From Azolla caroliniana (lineage: Eukaryota; Plantae; Polypodiophyta): 64,000 nucleotides of DNA. A program made the translations under genes and the position numbers. Numbering within the stretch: position 1 is the stretch's first letter; every line of letters begins with the position of its first letter. The notes beneath the pieces are model-generated. The model did not search any database. It saw nothing but the letters and a program-made list of their open reading frames with translations, and was not told where the DNA came from. Of this stretch, positions 11,673-22,147 are shown piece by piece. Location of the stretch: the NCBI GenBank assembly GCA_043228905.1, contig JBHGNT010000014.1:8060001-8124000 (forward strand). Direction: 5' to 3'.

Positions 11673-11903
11673 TTCTTTACATTCCAAAATTACATGCGCC
11701 CTCTATCAGAGGTTTTCTGCCATTTATATACACAGGGTCTATTTAGCCGTTCACACTTCCTGCGTGAACCGTTACATGCGTTATGATCTTATATTATTTC
11801 TTATTCCTACGCTCTTGTTCGTCGGTTACTATTCCGGCGGACAACACCTGGCACGCCTATGGGACAGTGCCCTGATACGTCGAACCCATCCCATTAATCT
11901 TCT
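11673..11903 (-). repeat. Tandem duplicate of U3 half of gypsy 3' LTR plus inverted PBS (11849-11865)
   Basis: With 6535-6546 it repeats about 6292-6534; TTCT microhomology at the junction; motif TGGCACGCCTATGGGAC. Confidence 0.88.
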
Positions 11904-13657
11904 TCCAAAAGGGCCCAGATGTTTGGCTCTGCTACGGTGTTCGCGTCCGGAGGCGACGTAGGGCCCGTAGGTGCATCGTGGTGTGGCTCCCTTATTTGGT
12001 CGGAATGGTTTCTCCCGGTGTCGTAGTCGTCGTGTGTGGGCGGTCTGGGTATGGTGGGCTCTTCTTGAGCTAGTGGATTGGGCTCCACCGTCGTCGTGAT
12101 TGCGGTCGGCCGCGGCTCTGTCTCAATCGTTACTTCCTCCGTGGTGTCGGCCGTCTTTGTACGTTTCGGGGAGTGGGGCTGCGATTCTGCATGGCCCGCA
12201 CCGTTCTCCGTGTGGTCCGATGATAGCGTGGGCTTGTGTGGATGAACCTCCTCTTGGGCAGTGGTTTCGCTGTCCGGTACTGTGGGGGACTCCGCTCGTC
12301 GGTCTGCGCTGTTCACCGTCGTTGTAATTTCTGGTGATCTGGCCTGAGGTTCCTCTTCTTCGGCCGTGCCCGGAATTGGCGTCGCGCTGGAATCCTCATT
12401 TGTTCGCGTGTTGCCGGCTTGTGTGATCTAGTGAAATAGCTCCTCCTGACTTTCACCAAAATCATCTAAGAGCTGTGCAAGTTCTTCGGAGTGTTGGTCC
12501 TCTAGCGCATGATAGTCTTGCGCTAGGTCCTCTTGTACGACCACAATGCTCTGCTCATTTAGTTTATAGAAACCTCGGCCGTCTTTTCGCCGGTTCTCCC
12601 AGTCCGCACGATACGCGTGCAATTCCGCTGCTTGGGTTTCCCACGCCATCCATCCTTTGTCCAACGCCGTTTTCAATTGCGCTGTGAACCTCTCCCGATT
12701 TGTTTGGAGAAGGATACGCACGTTATCTGTGATGGCCTAGCAACGGTTGTGTGCGTCCTTCATCGACTTCTGGAGGTTTTCAATTTCTTGCTGTTTAACT
12801 GTCGCCGCTTCTTCATATGTGGCTTTAAGGCCCGCCCACAACTGGGATTCCTTTGCATGTTGTTCTTCTAATTTCCCCATTTCATTGTTTAGGCGGATTT
12901 CGAGCTGATGCCTTCTTTCCTGTTCGACCACCAACTGCTCGTCAAACCATACCTTCTTTTTCTCTAATAAGGCCCGAAGTCCTGCGATTGCCGCCTCCGA
13001 TTTCTTCGCTTCATCCCGTAATTGGGCGTTTTCGTCTTTTGTCCGGATGTGCTAAGCTACCTCTGTAGCGAGTTTCTCTTCAAGGGTTTTTACTGCCTTC
13101 CGGCCGTTAGCCCGGATCTCCTTTTCTCTGTCTGAGGATTGGCGGAGTTCAGCTCGAAGGCGGTCAATTTCCGATTCCGCAAGTTGCACGACCCTTTTCG
13201 CTTTCGAGGCAATGGCGGTTTGAGCTTCAATTTCTTCCTTCAAAGAGTCGATGGCGTGGTTTGGTGGTAGAGTTGTGTGTTGCGCCGTAGTCACGTTAGC
13301 TTCCAACTCCGCGATGCGTTCGTTGGCTTTTTGCAGCTCGGCTTGGGTCATTTTCGCCTTCTTCCAGTCATTCTTATTTTTAATGGCCATCTCCTTGGCG
13401 CCCGTGCTGAACTTTGCCAGTTCCCTATGAACTTCGACTAGGGCCGTGTTGAATGGGGGTAGCTCCATCCCCACTCGACGTACCCCGGCGTTCCTCTGTC
13501 TGCCGACCTTGGCTAGCCGGTCCTCATCGTCGCTCTCCACTGTTCGTGTCAGGGTGCACTCGATCATTTGGCGCTCTGCGTGCTCCTCGACCATTCGTTG
13601 GGAGGCTTTTATCTGTTGTGTTGCCAGGAATTCCATGATCTAAAAAGAAGTTCCGAA
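11894..13657 (-). pseudogene. Extra 3' ORF of Arg-primed gypsy, C-terminal coiled-coil and Pro/Thr-rich part
   Basis: Collinear ORFs 13052-13636, 12737-12934, 12428-12721 and 11894-12316, rich in E/K/A/L heptads, lie between INT and the 3' LTR in sense orientation. Confidence 0.7.
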
Positions 13658-14372
13658 TGTTGAAAAACAGTGCTCGGCCACAACCGAGGAATGGGATCAA
13701 CTCACAGAAAACAGGAAATAGAAAATGCACAAAACAATAGAGAGAAAGGTACACTGGATGTTTTATGTGGAAAACCCTAAATGGGAAAAAACCACGGGAG
13801 TCCTCAAACTCCAACTATCACTATGAACAGGGATGTACACTGGTGAAGCTACAAGGCAACAACCTTGAGCTCACTGTCTTCGCCACAGGCGGCGGTAATA
13901 CACAGAGGCAACGACCTCTTCGTCTCTCACTCTCTCTCTCGGCTGCTCTCACTTCTCATGAAAAATGAGCAACAACAAAAACTGTTTGCCCTAAGTCATA
14001 TTTATACATATATGACTTTCGGGCTATTTACAAATATAGCCTCAAGGGCTCTTAGCAAACATATTCACAAGTATGTCCCCGCATCCGAATCTCTCTCCGG
14101 GTACATTCGTCATCCGGCTCCGTAACCGGGGTCTTCAGCATCCGGCTCCGTAACCGGGGTCTTCATCATCCGGATCCGTATCCGGGTACTCTTCATCCGG
14201 CTCCGTAACCGGGGTCTTCAGCATCCGGATCCGTAACCGGGGTCTTCATCATCCGGATCTGTAACCGGGGTCTTCATCATCCGGATCTGTAACCGGGGTC
14301 TTCATCATCCGGATCTGTAACCGGGGTCTTCATCATCCGAACATCCCATCCGGAGGGACCGAAATCCCAACA
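13658..14372 (-). repeat. 3' LTR of intact copia
   Basis: TG...CA; one substitution noticed versus the 5' LTR (13766 T / 18602 C); PPT TGAAGGGGGAGTT at 14373-14385. Confidence 0.97.
14111..14333. repeat. 8 x 28-bp tandem array in U3 (also 18947-19169)
   Basis: Unit CATCCGG(A/C)TC(C/T)GTAACCGGGGTCTTCA(T/G); the third unit is a 27-bp variant. Confidence 0.95.
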
Positions 14373-14382
14373 AACTCCCCCT

Positions 14383-17300
14383 TCACTTCGGCATGGGATG
14401 TCTCTCCAACCCGATCCTCTTCCGGCATGCTTCCAGCTTGTCGGGTGTGAGCACCTTGGTCAGCATATCCGACCCGTTCTCGTCCGTGTGAATCTTCGTC
14501 AGCACGAACTCCTTGTCTTCTATCCTTTCCCGGATCCAGTGGTATCTACGCTGGATGTGTTTCGTCCGGGAATGGTAGGCCGCGTTCTTTGCAAGGTGGA
14601 TGGCACTCTGACTATCGCAGTAGAGTCGATACTCCTCCTGCCGGATCCCGAGCTCTCTAATGAAGTCCTTCATCCATATTATTTCCTTGCCGGCTTCAAC
14701 AGCTGCCATGTACTCCGCCTCTGTGGTTGACAACGCAACCGTCTTCTGCAGCCTCGACTGCCACGAAACGGCTCCCCCTGCATAGGTCATCACATACCCT
14801 GATGTGGACCGGCTGGTATCTGCATCAGCCGACATATCCGAATCGGTGAAGCCGTCGAGTTCGGGCTTACCGGAGCCGAATCGGAGGCACACGTTTGCCG
14901 TGCCCTTCAGGTATCGGAGTATCCACTTGACCGCGTTCCAATGCTCTTTGCCGGGATTGCTCATGTACCGGCTCACCACTCCGACTGCGTATCCAATGTC
15001 TGGTCTTGTACACACCATTGCGTACATCAAGCTTCCGACAGCAGAGGCATATGGTACTTTCATCATGTCCTCTTTCTCAGCCTTTGTCCTGGGGCTTTGC
15101 TTGCTGGACAGCTTGCAGTTTGCCGGGAGGGTTGATCCGACCGGTCTTGCTTCCGACATGTTGAACCGTTGAAGCACCTTTGTCACGTACTTCTCCTGTG
15201 ACAGCCACAACTGCTTCTTGCTCCGGTCCCGGATGATGTGCATCCCTAGTATTTGTCTCGCCGGACCCAAGTCCTTCATTGAGAAGGTTCGGTGAAGAGC
15301 CTTCTTCAGCATCCGTATCTTGACCTGGTCCCGTCCGACGATCAACATGTCGTCCACGTACAGGAGGAGTATTAGAGAGTCTCCTCCTTCGAACTTCTTC
15401 ACAAACACGCAGTGGTCAGACTGCGTTTTGTGGTACCCTTCGTCGGTCATGAAGGAGTTGAACTTCCGGTACCATTGCCGGGGAGCCTGCTTCAGTCCGT
15501 AAAGGCTCTTCTTCAACCGGCATACCAGGTGCTCCTTCCCTTTCTTCTCGAATCCTTCCGGTTGCTGCATGTAGATCTCTTCATCGAGGTCACCGTGAAG
15601 GAATGCCGTCTTCACGTCCATCTGTTCTACCTCGAGGTCCATGCTTGCCGCTATGCTCAGCACCGTCCGGATGGAGGTCATCTTTACTACCGGGGCAAAT
15701 ATCTCGTCGAAGTCGACGCCCTTCTTTTGCTGAAACCCCTTCACCACGATCCTGGCTTTGTATCTCGGGGGGTTTCCGGCATCTCCCGGTTTCAGCTTGA
15801 ACACCCACTTGTTTCGAAGTGCCCGCTTTCCTTTCGGCAACTCCACAAGTTCATATGTGTGATTCTCATGCAGGGAATCCATCTCGTCCTGCATGGCACT
15901 CAACCACCTGCGGCTCTGGGTGTCATGTTTTGCTTCTTCAAAACTTTCCGGCTCCCCCTCGTCTGTTAGCAGCACGTGCTCTGGTTCCGGAAATCTCCGG
16001 GGGGCCCTTCTCTCTCTTAGAGGATATCTCCGTTCGGGAGCTTCGGTAACCGGTTCTTCCGATTCTTCTTCTTCATCCGAATCCATTTCGGGATCGGGGC
16101 CGGTTCCGGTATCATTTTCATCTTCTTCTTCGGCCGGTTCTGTTTCTTCACCGTCTTCGGCCGGATCCTCGAGTGCTAACCGGTCCCTTGCCGGTCGGGA
16201 CTGCTCCTCGTAGAGTTTATCCTCACCGGTCGACTTGGAGCTCTTCATCTTCTTCTCCGACTCCCAGTCGGCGAGTGTCTTGTCCTCCATGAAGATGATA
16301 TCTCGACTCCTGAATATCTTCTTGTCGACCGGGTCCCATACTCGGTAGCCGAACTCGTCGTCACCGTAACCGAGGAATATGCATGGCCGGGTCTTTGGAT
16401 CTAGCTTTCCTCTCCGGTCCTTTGCCACATGCACGTATGCGAGACACCCGAACACCTTCAGATGCCGGTAGGATACTTCCCTACCGGTCCACACTCTCTG
16501 CGGCGTGTCTCCGTCCAAAGGTACTGAGGGTGATCTGTTTATCACGTATGTCGCCGTCGACATCGCCTCAGCCCAAAACCCCTTGGGTAATTTCGCATGC
16601 GCCAACATACTCCGGACCCTCTCCATTATGGTCCGGTTCATCCTCTCGGCCAGCCCGTTCAGTTCCGGCGTCTTCGGCACAGTAAACTCGAGCCGGATTC
16701 CCTTCGAGCGACAGTACTCCTGGAACTGCCCCCGGTATTCCCCTCCGTTATCCGCTCGTATCACTTTCAGCTTCTTGCCGGATTCCCTTTCCACTCTCGC
16801 GTGGAGTTCTTTGAAGACGGACAACACTTGGTCCTTTGTCTTCAACGGTGCCGTCCACAGCTTCCGGCTGTGGTCATCAATGAATGTCACGAAGTACTGG
16901 GCTCCGCCATGTGACTTCGTTTCTACCTGACACACATCAGTGTGCACCAGCTCCAATGGTGCGCTACGTCTCGTCGGTGGCCTTGAGTGGAAGGAGGTCC
17001 GGTTTTGCTTACCGGCCAGGCAGTCGGTGCACTTCTCCAGGTGCACATGCTTCACTGGAATAAGGTTGTCTTCTGCAAGCCTCTTCATCCCCTTCTCACT
17101 CATGTGGCACAGTCTCTTGTGCCACAGCTCACCGGCAGTGTCGGCTGCCACGTTCAGCTCCTCCGGACAGAGCCGGGAATTCATCAGGTACAGGGTGTTG
17201 ACCTTCCGGGCCCGAGCCACTATCAGGCTCCCTTTGCTGAACTTCATGACACCGTTCCGGATGCTACCCGTGTAGCCTTCATCGTCTAGTCTCCCGGCCG

Positions 17301-18462
17301 AAATCAGGTTCAATCGAACCTCCGGAACGTGTCGAACATCCTTCAGCAGCATCTTGCATCCGGTTGATGTCATCAACCACACGTCTCCTATGCCGGCAAT
17401 CCGGCATGTACCTTCATTTCCCATCCGGACAAAGCCGTGCTCACCGGCTGTGTAGGATGAGAAGTATTTCTTCTCCGGGGTCAGGTGGAACGACGCTCCG
17501 GAATCGACCACCCAGGTCATCTCTACGCCGGCAAGGTTCAGCTCCCTCTCTTCGGTAATGAGCATTATCTCTTCTTCACTTGCCGCGAGTGCCGTCGTTC
17601 CTTTCCGGTCCTGCCCTCGCCGATCCGAACCTCTCCGGTCCGTCGCTCCCCGGTATGCACCGTTTCTCTCCGGTGACTTCTTCGAATCGGTGTCGTCGGC
17701 TCCGTTGTCCTTTCGGTAATGCCGACAATTCTTCCGGAAGTGCCCCGGCTTCCCACAGTGGAAGCATGTGGGCCTTCCTCTTGACTGCGACCGGGTCCCC
17801 GACTTCTCTCGTCTTTGCGGACTCCGGTGCCATTGTCTTCCCCGATCCGATTCGGTAAGCAGCGCCTTCGAGTCGGAGACCGGTTCTTTATCTCTCCGAC
17901 GCGCTTCTTCGTTCAAAATACTTGTCTTTACCGTTTGTAGGGACAAGTTATCTTCCGTGCAGGAGGTGCTGAGAGTCACCACCAAGTTCTCATAGCTTTC
18001 CGGCAATGTACACATCAGGATGATGGCTTGCATTGCATCCTCCAACGGGAACTTGATCGCCGCAAGCTGGTTCACGAATCCCATGAACGTGCTTACGTGT
18101 TCCACCATACTCTCGCCGTCCCGGTACTTGAGGTTCACTATCTTCCTCATCAGGGAGGTCCGGTTCAACGCATTCTTCCTCTCGTAGAGGCCCGACAGCT
18201 TCTTCCACATCTCATATGCGTTGGTGTCGTTCGCCACATGTTGTAGGACGCTTACATCGACATATTGTCGGATCGTCGCTACGGCTTTCCGGTTCAGGAG
18301 CTTCCACTCCGACTCAAGTACCCCCTTGGGTATTTCCGACCTGTCGATCGGTTCATACAGGTCCCGAACAATGAGCAGATCCTCCATCTTTATCTTCCAG
18401 TCGGCGTAGTTCTGCGCGTTCAGCACCATCATGCCCGGAGGCCCACTACCGCCGCCTTCCAT
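14383..18462 (-). CDS. Copia Gag-Pol polyprotein, 1359 aa (GAG, CCHC, PR, INT, RT, RNase H)
   Basis: ATG just after the PBS; CFHCGKPGHFRKNC, WVVDSGASFH, WHKRLCH..CTDC, VHTDV..ADNGGEY..AERMNR, MDVKTAFLHG, YVDD, CDSQSAI. Confidence 0.97.
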   Translation of the reverse strand: MEGGGSGPPGMMVLNAQNYADWKIKMEDLLIVRDLYEPIDRSEIPKGVLESEWKLLNRKAVATIRQYVDVSVLQHVANDTNAYEMWKKLSGLYERKNALNRTSLMRKIVNLKYRDGESMVEHVSTFMGFVNQLAAIKFPLEDAMQAIILMCTLPESYENLVVTLSTSCTEDNLSLQTVKTSILNEEARRRDKEPVSDSKALLTESDRGRQWHRSPQRREKSGTRSQSRGRPTCFHCGKPGHFRKNCRHYRKDNGADDTDSKKSPERNGAYRGATDRRGSDRRGQDRKGTTALAASEEEIMLITEERELNLAGVEMTWVVDSGASFHLTPEKKYFSSYTAGEHGFVRMGNEGTCRIAGIGDVWLMTSTGCKMLLKDVRHVPEVRLNLISAGRLDDEGYTGSIRNGVMKFSKGSLIVARARKVNTLYLMNSRLCPEELNVAADTAGELWHKRLCHMSEKGMKRLAEDNLIPVKHVHLEKCTDCLAGKQNRTSFHSRPPTRRSAPLELVHTDVCQVETKSHGGAQYFVTFIDDHSRKLWTAPLKTKDQVLSVFKELHARVERESGKKLKVIRADNGGEYRGQFQEYCRSKGIRLEFTVPKTPELNGLAERMNRTIMERVRSMLAHAKLPKGFWAEAMSTATYVINRSPSVPLDGDTPQRVWTGREVSYRHLKVFGCLAYVHVAKDRRGKLDPKTRPCIFLGYGDDEFGYRVWDPVDKKIFRSRDIIFMEDKTLADWESEKKMKSSKSTGEDKLYEEQSRPARDRLALEDPAEDGEETEPAEEEDENDTGTGPDPEMDSDEEEESEEPVTEAPERRYPLRERRAPRRFPEPEHVLLTDEGEPESFEEAKHDTQSRRWLSAMQDEMDSLHENHTYELVELPKGKRALRNKWVFKLKPGDAGNPPRYKARIVVKGFQQKKGVDFDEIFAPVVKMTSIRTVLSIAASMDLEVEQMDVKTAFLHGDLDEEIYMQQPEGFEKKGKEHLVCRLKKSLYGLKQAPRQWYRKFNSFMTDEGYHKTQSDHCVFVKKFEGGDSLILLLYVDDMLIVGRDQVKIRMLKKALHRTFSMKDLGPARQILGMHIIRDRSKKQLWLSQEKYVTKVLQRFNMSEARPVGSTLPANCKLSSKQSPRTKAEKEDMMKVPYASAVGSLMYAMVCTRPDIGYAVGVVSRYMSNPGKEHWNAVKWILRYLKGTANVCLRFGSGKPELDGFTDSDMSADADTSRSTSGYVMTYAGGAVSWQSRLQKTVALSTTEAEYMAAVEAGKEIIWMKDFIRELGIRQEEYRLYCDSQSAIHLAKNAAYHSRTKHIQRRYHWIRERIEDKEFVLTKIHTDENGSDMLTKVLTPDKLEACRKRIGLERHPMPK

Positions 18463-18478
18463 TTTCTGTGTTACCGTT

Positions 18479-18490
18479 GCTCTGATACCA
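18479..18490 (-). promoter_or_regulatory. PBS, initiator tRNA-Met
   Basis: TGGTATCAGAGC 3 nt from the 5' LTR. Confidence 0.95.
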
Positions 18491-18493
18491 ATT

Positions 18494-19208
18494 TGTTGAA
18501 AAACAGTGCTCGGCCACAACCGAGGAATGGGATCAACTCACAGAAAACAGGAAATAGAAAATGCACAAAACAATAGAGAGAAAGGTACACTGGATGTTTT
18601 ACGTGGAAAACCCTAAATGGGAAAAAACCACGGGAGTCCTCAAACTCCAACTATCACTATGAACAGGGATGTACACTGGTGAAGCTACAAGGCAACAACC
18701 TTGAGCTCACTGTCTTCGCCACAGGCGGCGGTAATACACAGAGGCAACGACCTCTTCGTCTCTCACTCTCTCTCTCGGCTGCTCTCACTTCTCATGAAAA
18801 ATGAGCAACAACAAAAACTGTTTGCCCTAAGTCATATTTATACATATATGACTTTCGGGCTATTTACAAATATAGCCTCAAGGGCTCTTAGCAAACATAT
18901 TCACAAGTATGTCCCCGCATCCGAATCTCTCTCCGGGTACATTCGTCATCCGGCTCCGTAACCGGGGTCTTCAGCATCCGGCTCCGTAACCGGGGTCTTC
19001 ATCATCCGGATCCGTATCCGGGTACTCTTCATCCGGCTCCGTAACCGGGGTCTTCAGCATCCGGATCCGTAACCGGGGTCTTCATCATCCGGATCTGTAA
19101 CCGGGGTCTTCATCATCCGGATCTGTAACCGGGGTCTTCATCATCCGGATCTGTAACCGGGGTCTTCATCATCCGAACATCCCATCCGGAGGGACCGAAA
19201 TCCCAACA
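18494..19208 (-). repeat. 5' LTR of intact copia (TATA box 18834-18842)
   Basis: Copy of 13658-14372; TATAAATAT on minus, downstream of the U3 array. Confidence 0.97.
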
Positions 19209-19213
19209 CCGAA

Positions 19214-20250
19214 TTGTAAGAGGGTGCTGAACTCATGGGCTGTATCCGGGATATCTGGATATGCCAACACCTCGCTTTCCGCCGTCAATACGGCTTTCCC
19301 TCGTTGGGACTGGGTCGTAATGATCGGCCGTGGCTCCCAGATGATTTCGAAGGTGGTTTTGTGCTCCGTAGCTGCGGAGCCATCGCCGTCAGTCGTTGTC
19401 TCTGCCGCCGTGGGGACGTCTTTGACCAATCCCCGCCCATCTTTCTTGTTCAATCTACGCCGTTTCGGTATTTGGCTCTAGGGCTGCTGCCACGGAACGT
19501 GTCGGCTGTTCCTCTTGCGTTGTCCGTGTGTCTGGCTGGGCGGGTTAGGGTTCCTCTTCCCACTCTGGGGCCGCTAACTCCGCTAACCTGTATTTCGCAG
19601 ATTGGGGCGGGGGCGTGGGTCGGCTGGCTGTGGTGCCGGCAAGCCTCGGGGTGGGAATAGTACCGTAAGGTACTATTGTATGATTGTCCTGAGCTTTTTT
19701 CCTACCTGATACGCATGCAGGCCTTCCCGTAACGCCGACCCTATGATGACCCCCCAATCGACCGCACTTCCTTCAAAGGTATCGATAATGATGCCCACCT
19801 TCTGCTTGGGCATCCCATATGCATTGAAATGTACGCAGCCGACCTCTAACACGAACTTGGCAACTTCACGGAAGAAGGGATCCGGGATTTGCTTCGTTCT
19901 ATAGGCCTTGGCGAAGGAGGAATATGGCCCGAAATATCGCTGCAACGCCTCTGTAGGAGGGATTTCGAAATGCCTTTCGCCTAGCGATGATAGGTTCAAC
20001 TTTTTCCGGATGGAAGAGTTGGTGACCGTGTCGATGTTCAGCTTCCTGGCGATGTCCATGGCATCCGAGTGTGGGGGTGCCTCTGCAACCCGGATGTACC
20101 CTTCCAGGCGTTTCTCCACGAGCCATCAGCGTAAGGCAGTAGAGATGAAGATCGGCATCGCCAGAGTAGGTTCGTGGGAAGGAGACTGGTGGTTGCGGTG
20201 GGCTGGAGCTCTGTGATAGGATGGAGGAGAAGGTGAGGGGGAGGAGCGAT
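19214..20250 (-). pseudogene. Extra 3' ORF of Arg-primed gypsy, N-terminal globular domain
   Basis: ORF 19673-20119 (YFGPYSSFAKAYRT..FREVA..VDWGVIIG) followed by Pro/Thr-rich sequence; a homologue lies at 57260-57410. Confidence 0.7.
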
Positions 20251-20492
20251 GGGAGAGCTGATAGTTAGAAGGTGGGTTTCTGTTTTGTGCAGAAGATCTT
20301 CAATTTCCTTCTTTTTGTGTCTTAGGGTTCATTGGGCGGTGAGCCATCGTGGTGCCACGTGTTCTTGAACTAGGAGTCTGTGCATGCATTTAGTCCTTTT
20401 AATAGTCGCTATCTTCTCTTTTTTTTTTTTTTTTTTTTGTAACGGTTATATACAACCTATTTTTACATTATGGTACAAGTGGGGCCGCCCAT

Positions 20493-22131
20493 TTACGCCG
20501 CGGGTTCTCCGGCTTTGTCCTGTTTGGCGGTGAATGGGTTAGGTGGCGTAGAGCCCAAGTAAGGTTTAAGGCGAAACCCATTCACCTTTTGCTGTACTAC
20601 TTCCCCGGCCAGCGTACCTAGTTGGAATGTACCTTGTTCCGCTCCAATTATCGAGTATGGGCCGGTCCAACGGAAGCGTAACTTCCCTGGCATATGGCCC
20701 ATGCGGGTTTGGAAAACTAGCACCGCCCGACTGACGGCGAACTCCTTTTCTCTTGCGTTCCGATGTCGATCCACAAACACTTTACACCATCGCTGTTCCT
20801 GCTCCAACACAGTCATGCTATGTACGCGTTTTTCCCCGAGTTCGAGTAGCTGGTGGAGCCGTACCTTCTTCGACTTGGCTTCGGATAGTCGGTCCCGTAC
20901 CTGAATTTGCAAACTGGGTACCTGAAATTCGATCGGCATCACAGCTTCCAGCCCAAATGATAGTTGAAACGGTGTTGACTGTATGCTTGTTTTGTAGCTG
21001 GTTCTATATGCTCATAACGCACTCTGTAATTTGGTATCCCAGTCCGTTCTATTTTCATTGACGATTTTCTTCAAGATGGTCTGCAACGTCTTGTTGGTGG
21101 ATTCCGCTAACCCATTCGCTTGTGGATAATATGGCATACTCTTTTTATGGACTACGACGTAATGATGTGTTAGTTCCCGAACCACCGTATTGAGAAAGTG
21201 ACTCCCCTGGTCACTGATGAGCTCAATCAGACAGCTGAACCGGCACAAGATGTGCTCGTATAGGAATCTGGCTGTGACGGCCGCCGTATTTTCTTGTAGT
21301 GCCTTTGCTTCTACCCACTTGGTGCAATAATCTGTAGCTACCAATATGTATTTATTGCCCGTATGAGCTGCCGCAGGTGTGAAGGGGCCCACAAAATCCA
21401 ATCCCCACTTTTGGAAGGGGTCTAGCGGTAATACGAGCTGGTGTGGCATCCTTGCGCCCTCCGTGGGCTGGCCCATCTGTTGACATAAATCACACTTTCT
21501 ACAATACTCGGATGCGTCCTTCTGCGTTGTTGGCCACCATAAGCCTGCCTGCCATATCTTCCGGGCTGTAATGTCGCCCGCGTAATGGCCGCCTGCCGTG
21601 CTGTAGTGCGCCTCCCGTAAAACTGCTTCTTTCTCATCCTAACGTACCCCACGTCGCCAAATGTCGTCACTTCCTTTGTGATATAAAACTCCTTCTACGA
21701 GGCAGAAATTACGGCTTCGGATGGCTAGTCTTTTCTTCTTGTCCGTGCGTAATTGTGGTGGAGGCAGTCCCGTAGTCAAAAAGTATGTCATCTCCATTAG
21801 CCACTGGTCCGGAAAGGTCGATTCCGTTCTTTCTGCTAGTGCTGCTACCCGTAGGATGTCGGCGTCCGGAAAATCGTCTTCATCTTTCTGCACTGTTTCT
21901 CCATTCTCGAGTTTGCTCAAAAAATCTACCACTGCGTGTTGTGTCCCTGGTCGGTGCTGGATTACGAAATCGAATTCTTGGAGTAGTAGCATCCATCACG
22001 CCAATTTTCCTGTCAGGGCTTGTTTCTCCACCAAATACAACAGCGCCGAATGATCCACGTGGAACGTGAATTTCCTCCCTAGTAAATAATGCCGGAATTT
22101 ATTGATGCTATAGATCATCCCTAGCGCCTCC
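20493..22131 (-). pseudogene. Gypsy RNase H C-terminus and integrase (no chromodomain)
   Basis: EALGMIYSINKFRHYLLG, LQEFDFVIQHRPG, WGLDFVGP..ISDQGSHF..QANGLAE, KLRFRWTGPY. Confidence 0.93.
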
Positions 22132-22147
22132 ACCACAATTACGCACA

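Larger units (their letters stand above)
13658..19208 (-). mobile_element. Intact, very recent Ty1/copia (Tnt1/Tork-like)
   Basis: 715-bp LTRs, perfect TSD CCGAA (13653-13657 and 19209-19213), PBS, PPT and a single uninterrupted ORF. Confidence 0.98.

Noticed and set aside
14111-14333. 28-bp repeats as a CRISPR array
   Set aside because: Head-to-tail units with no unique spacers, duplicated in both LTRs, no cas genes, eukaryotic context.
18463-18519. N-terminal 19 aa of the 1378-aa ORF call
   Set aside because: Runs through the LTR and PBS from a non-ATG start; the real ATG is at 18462.
11894-20250. Extra ORF as a retroviral env
   Set aside because: No signal peptide or transmembrane helix visible in the ORF remnants.
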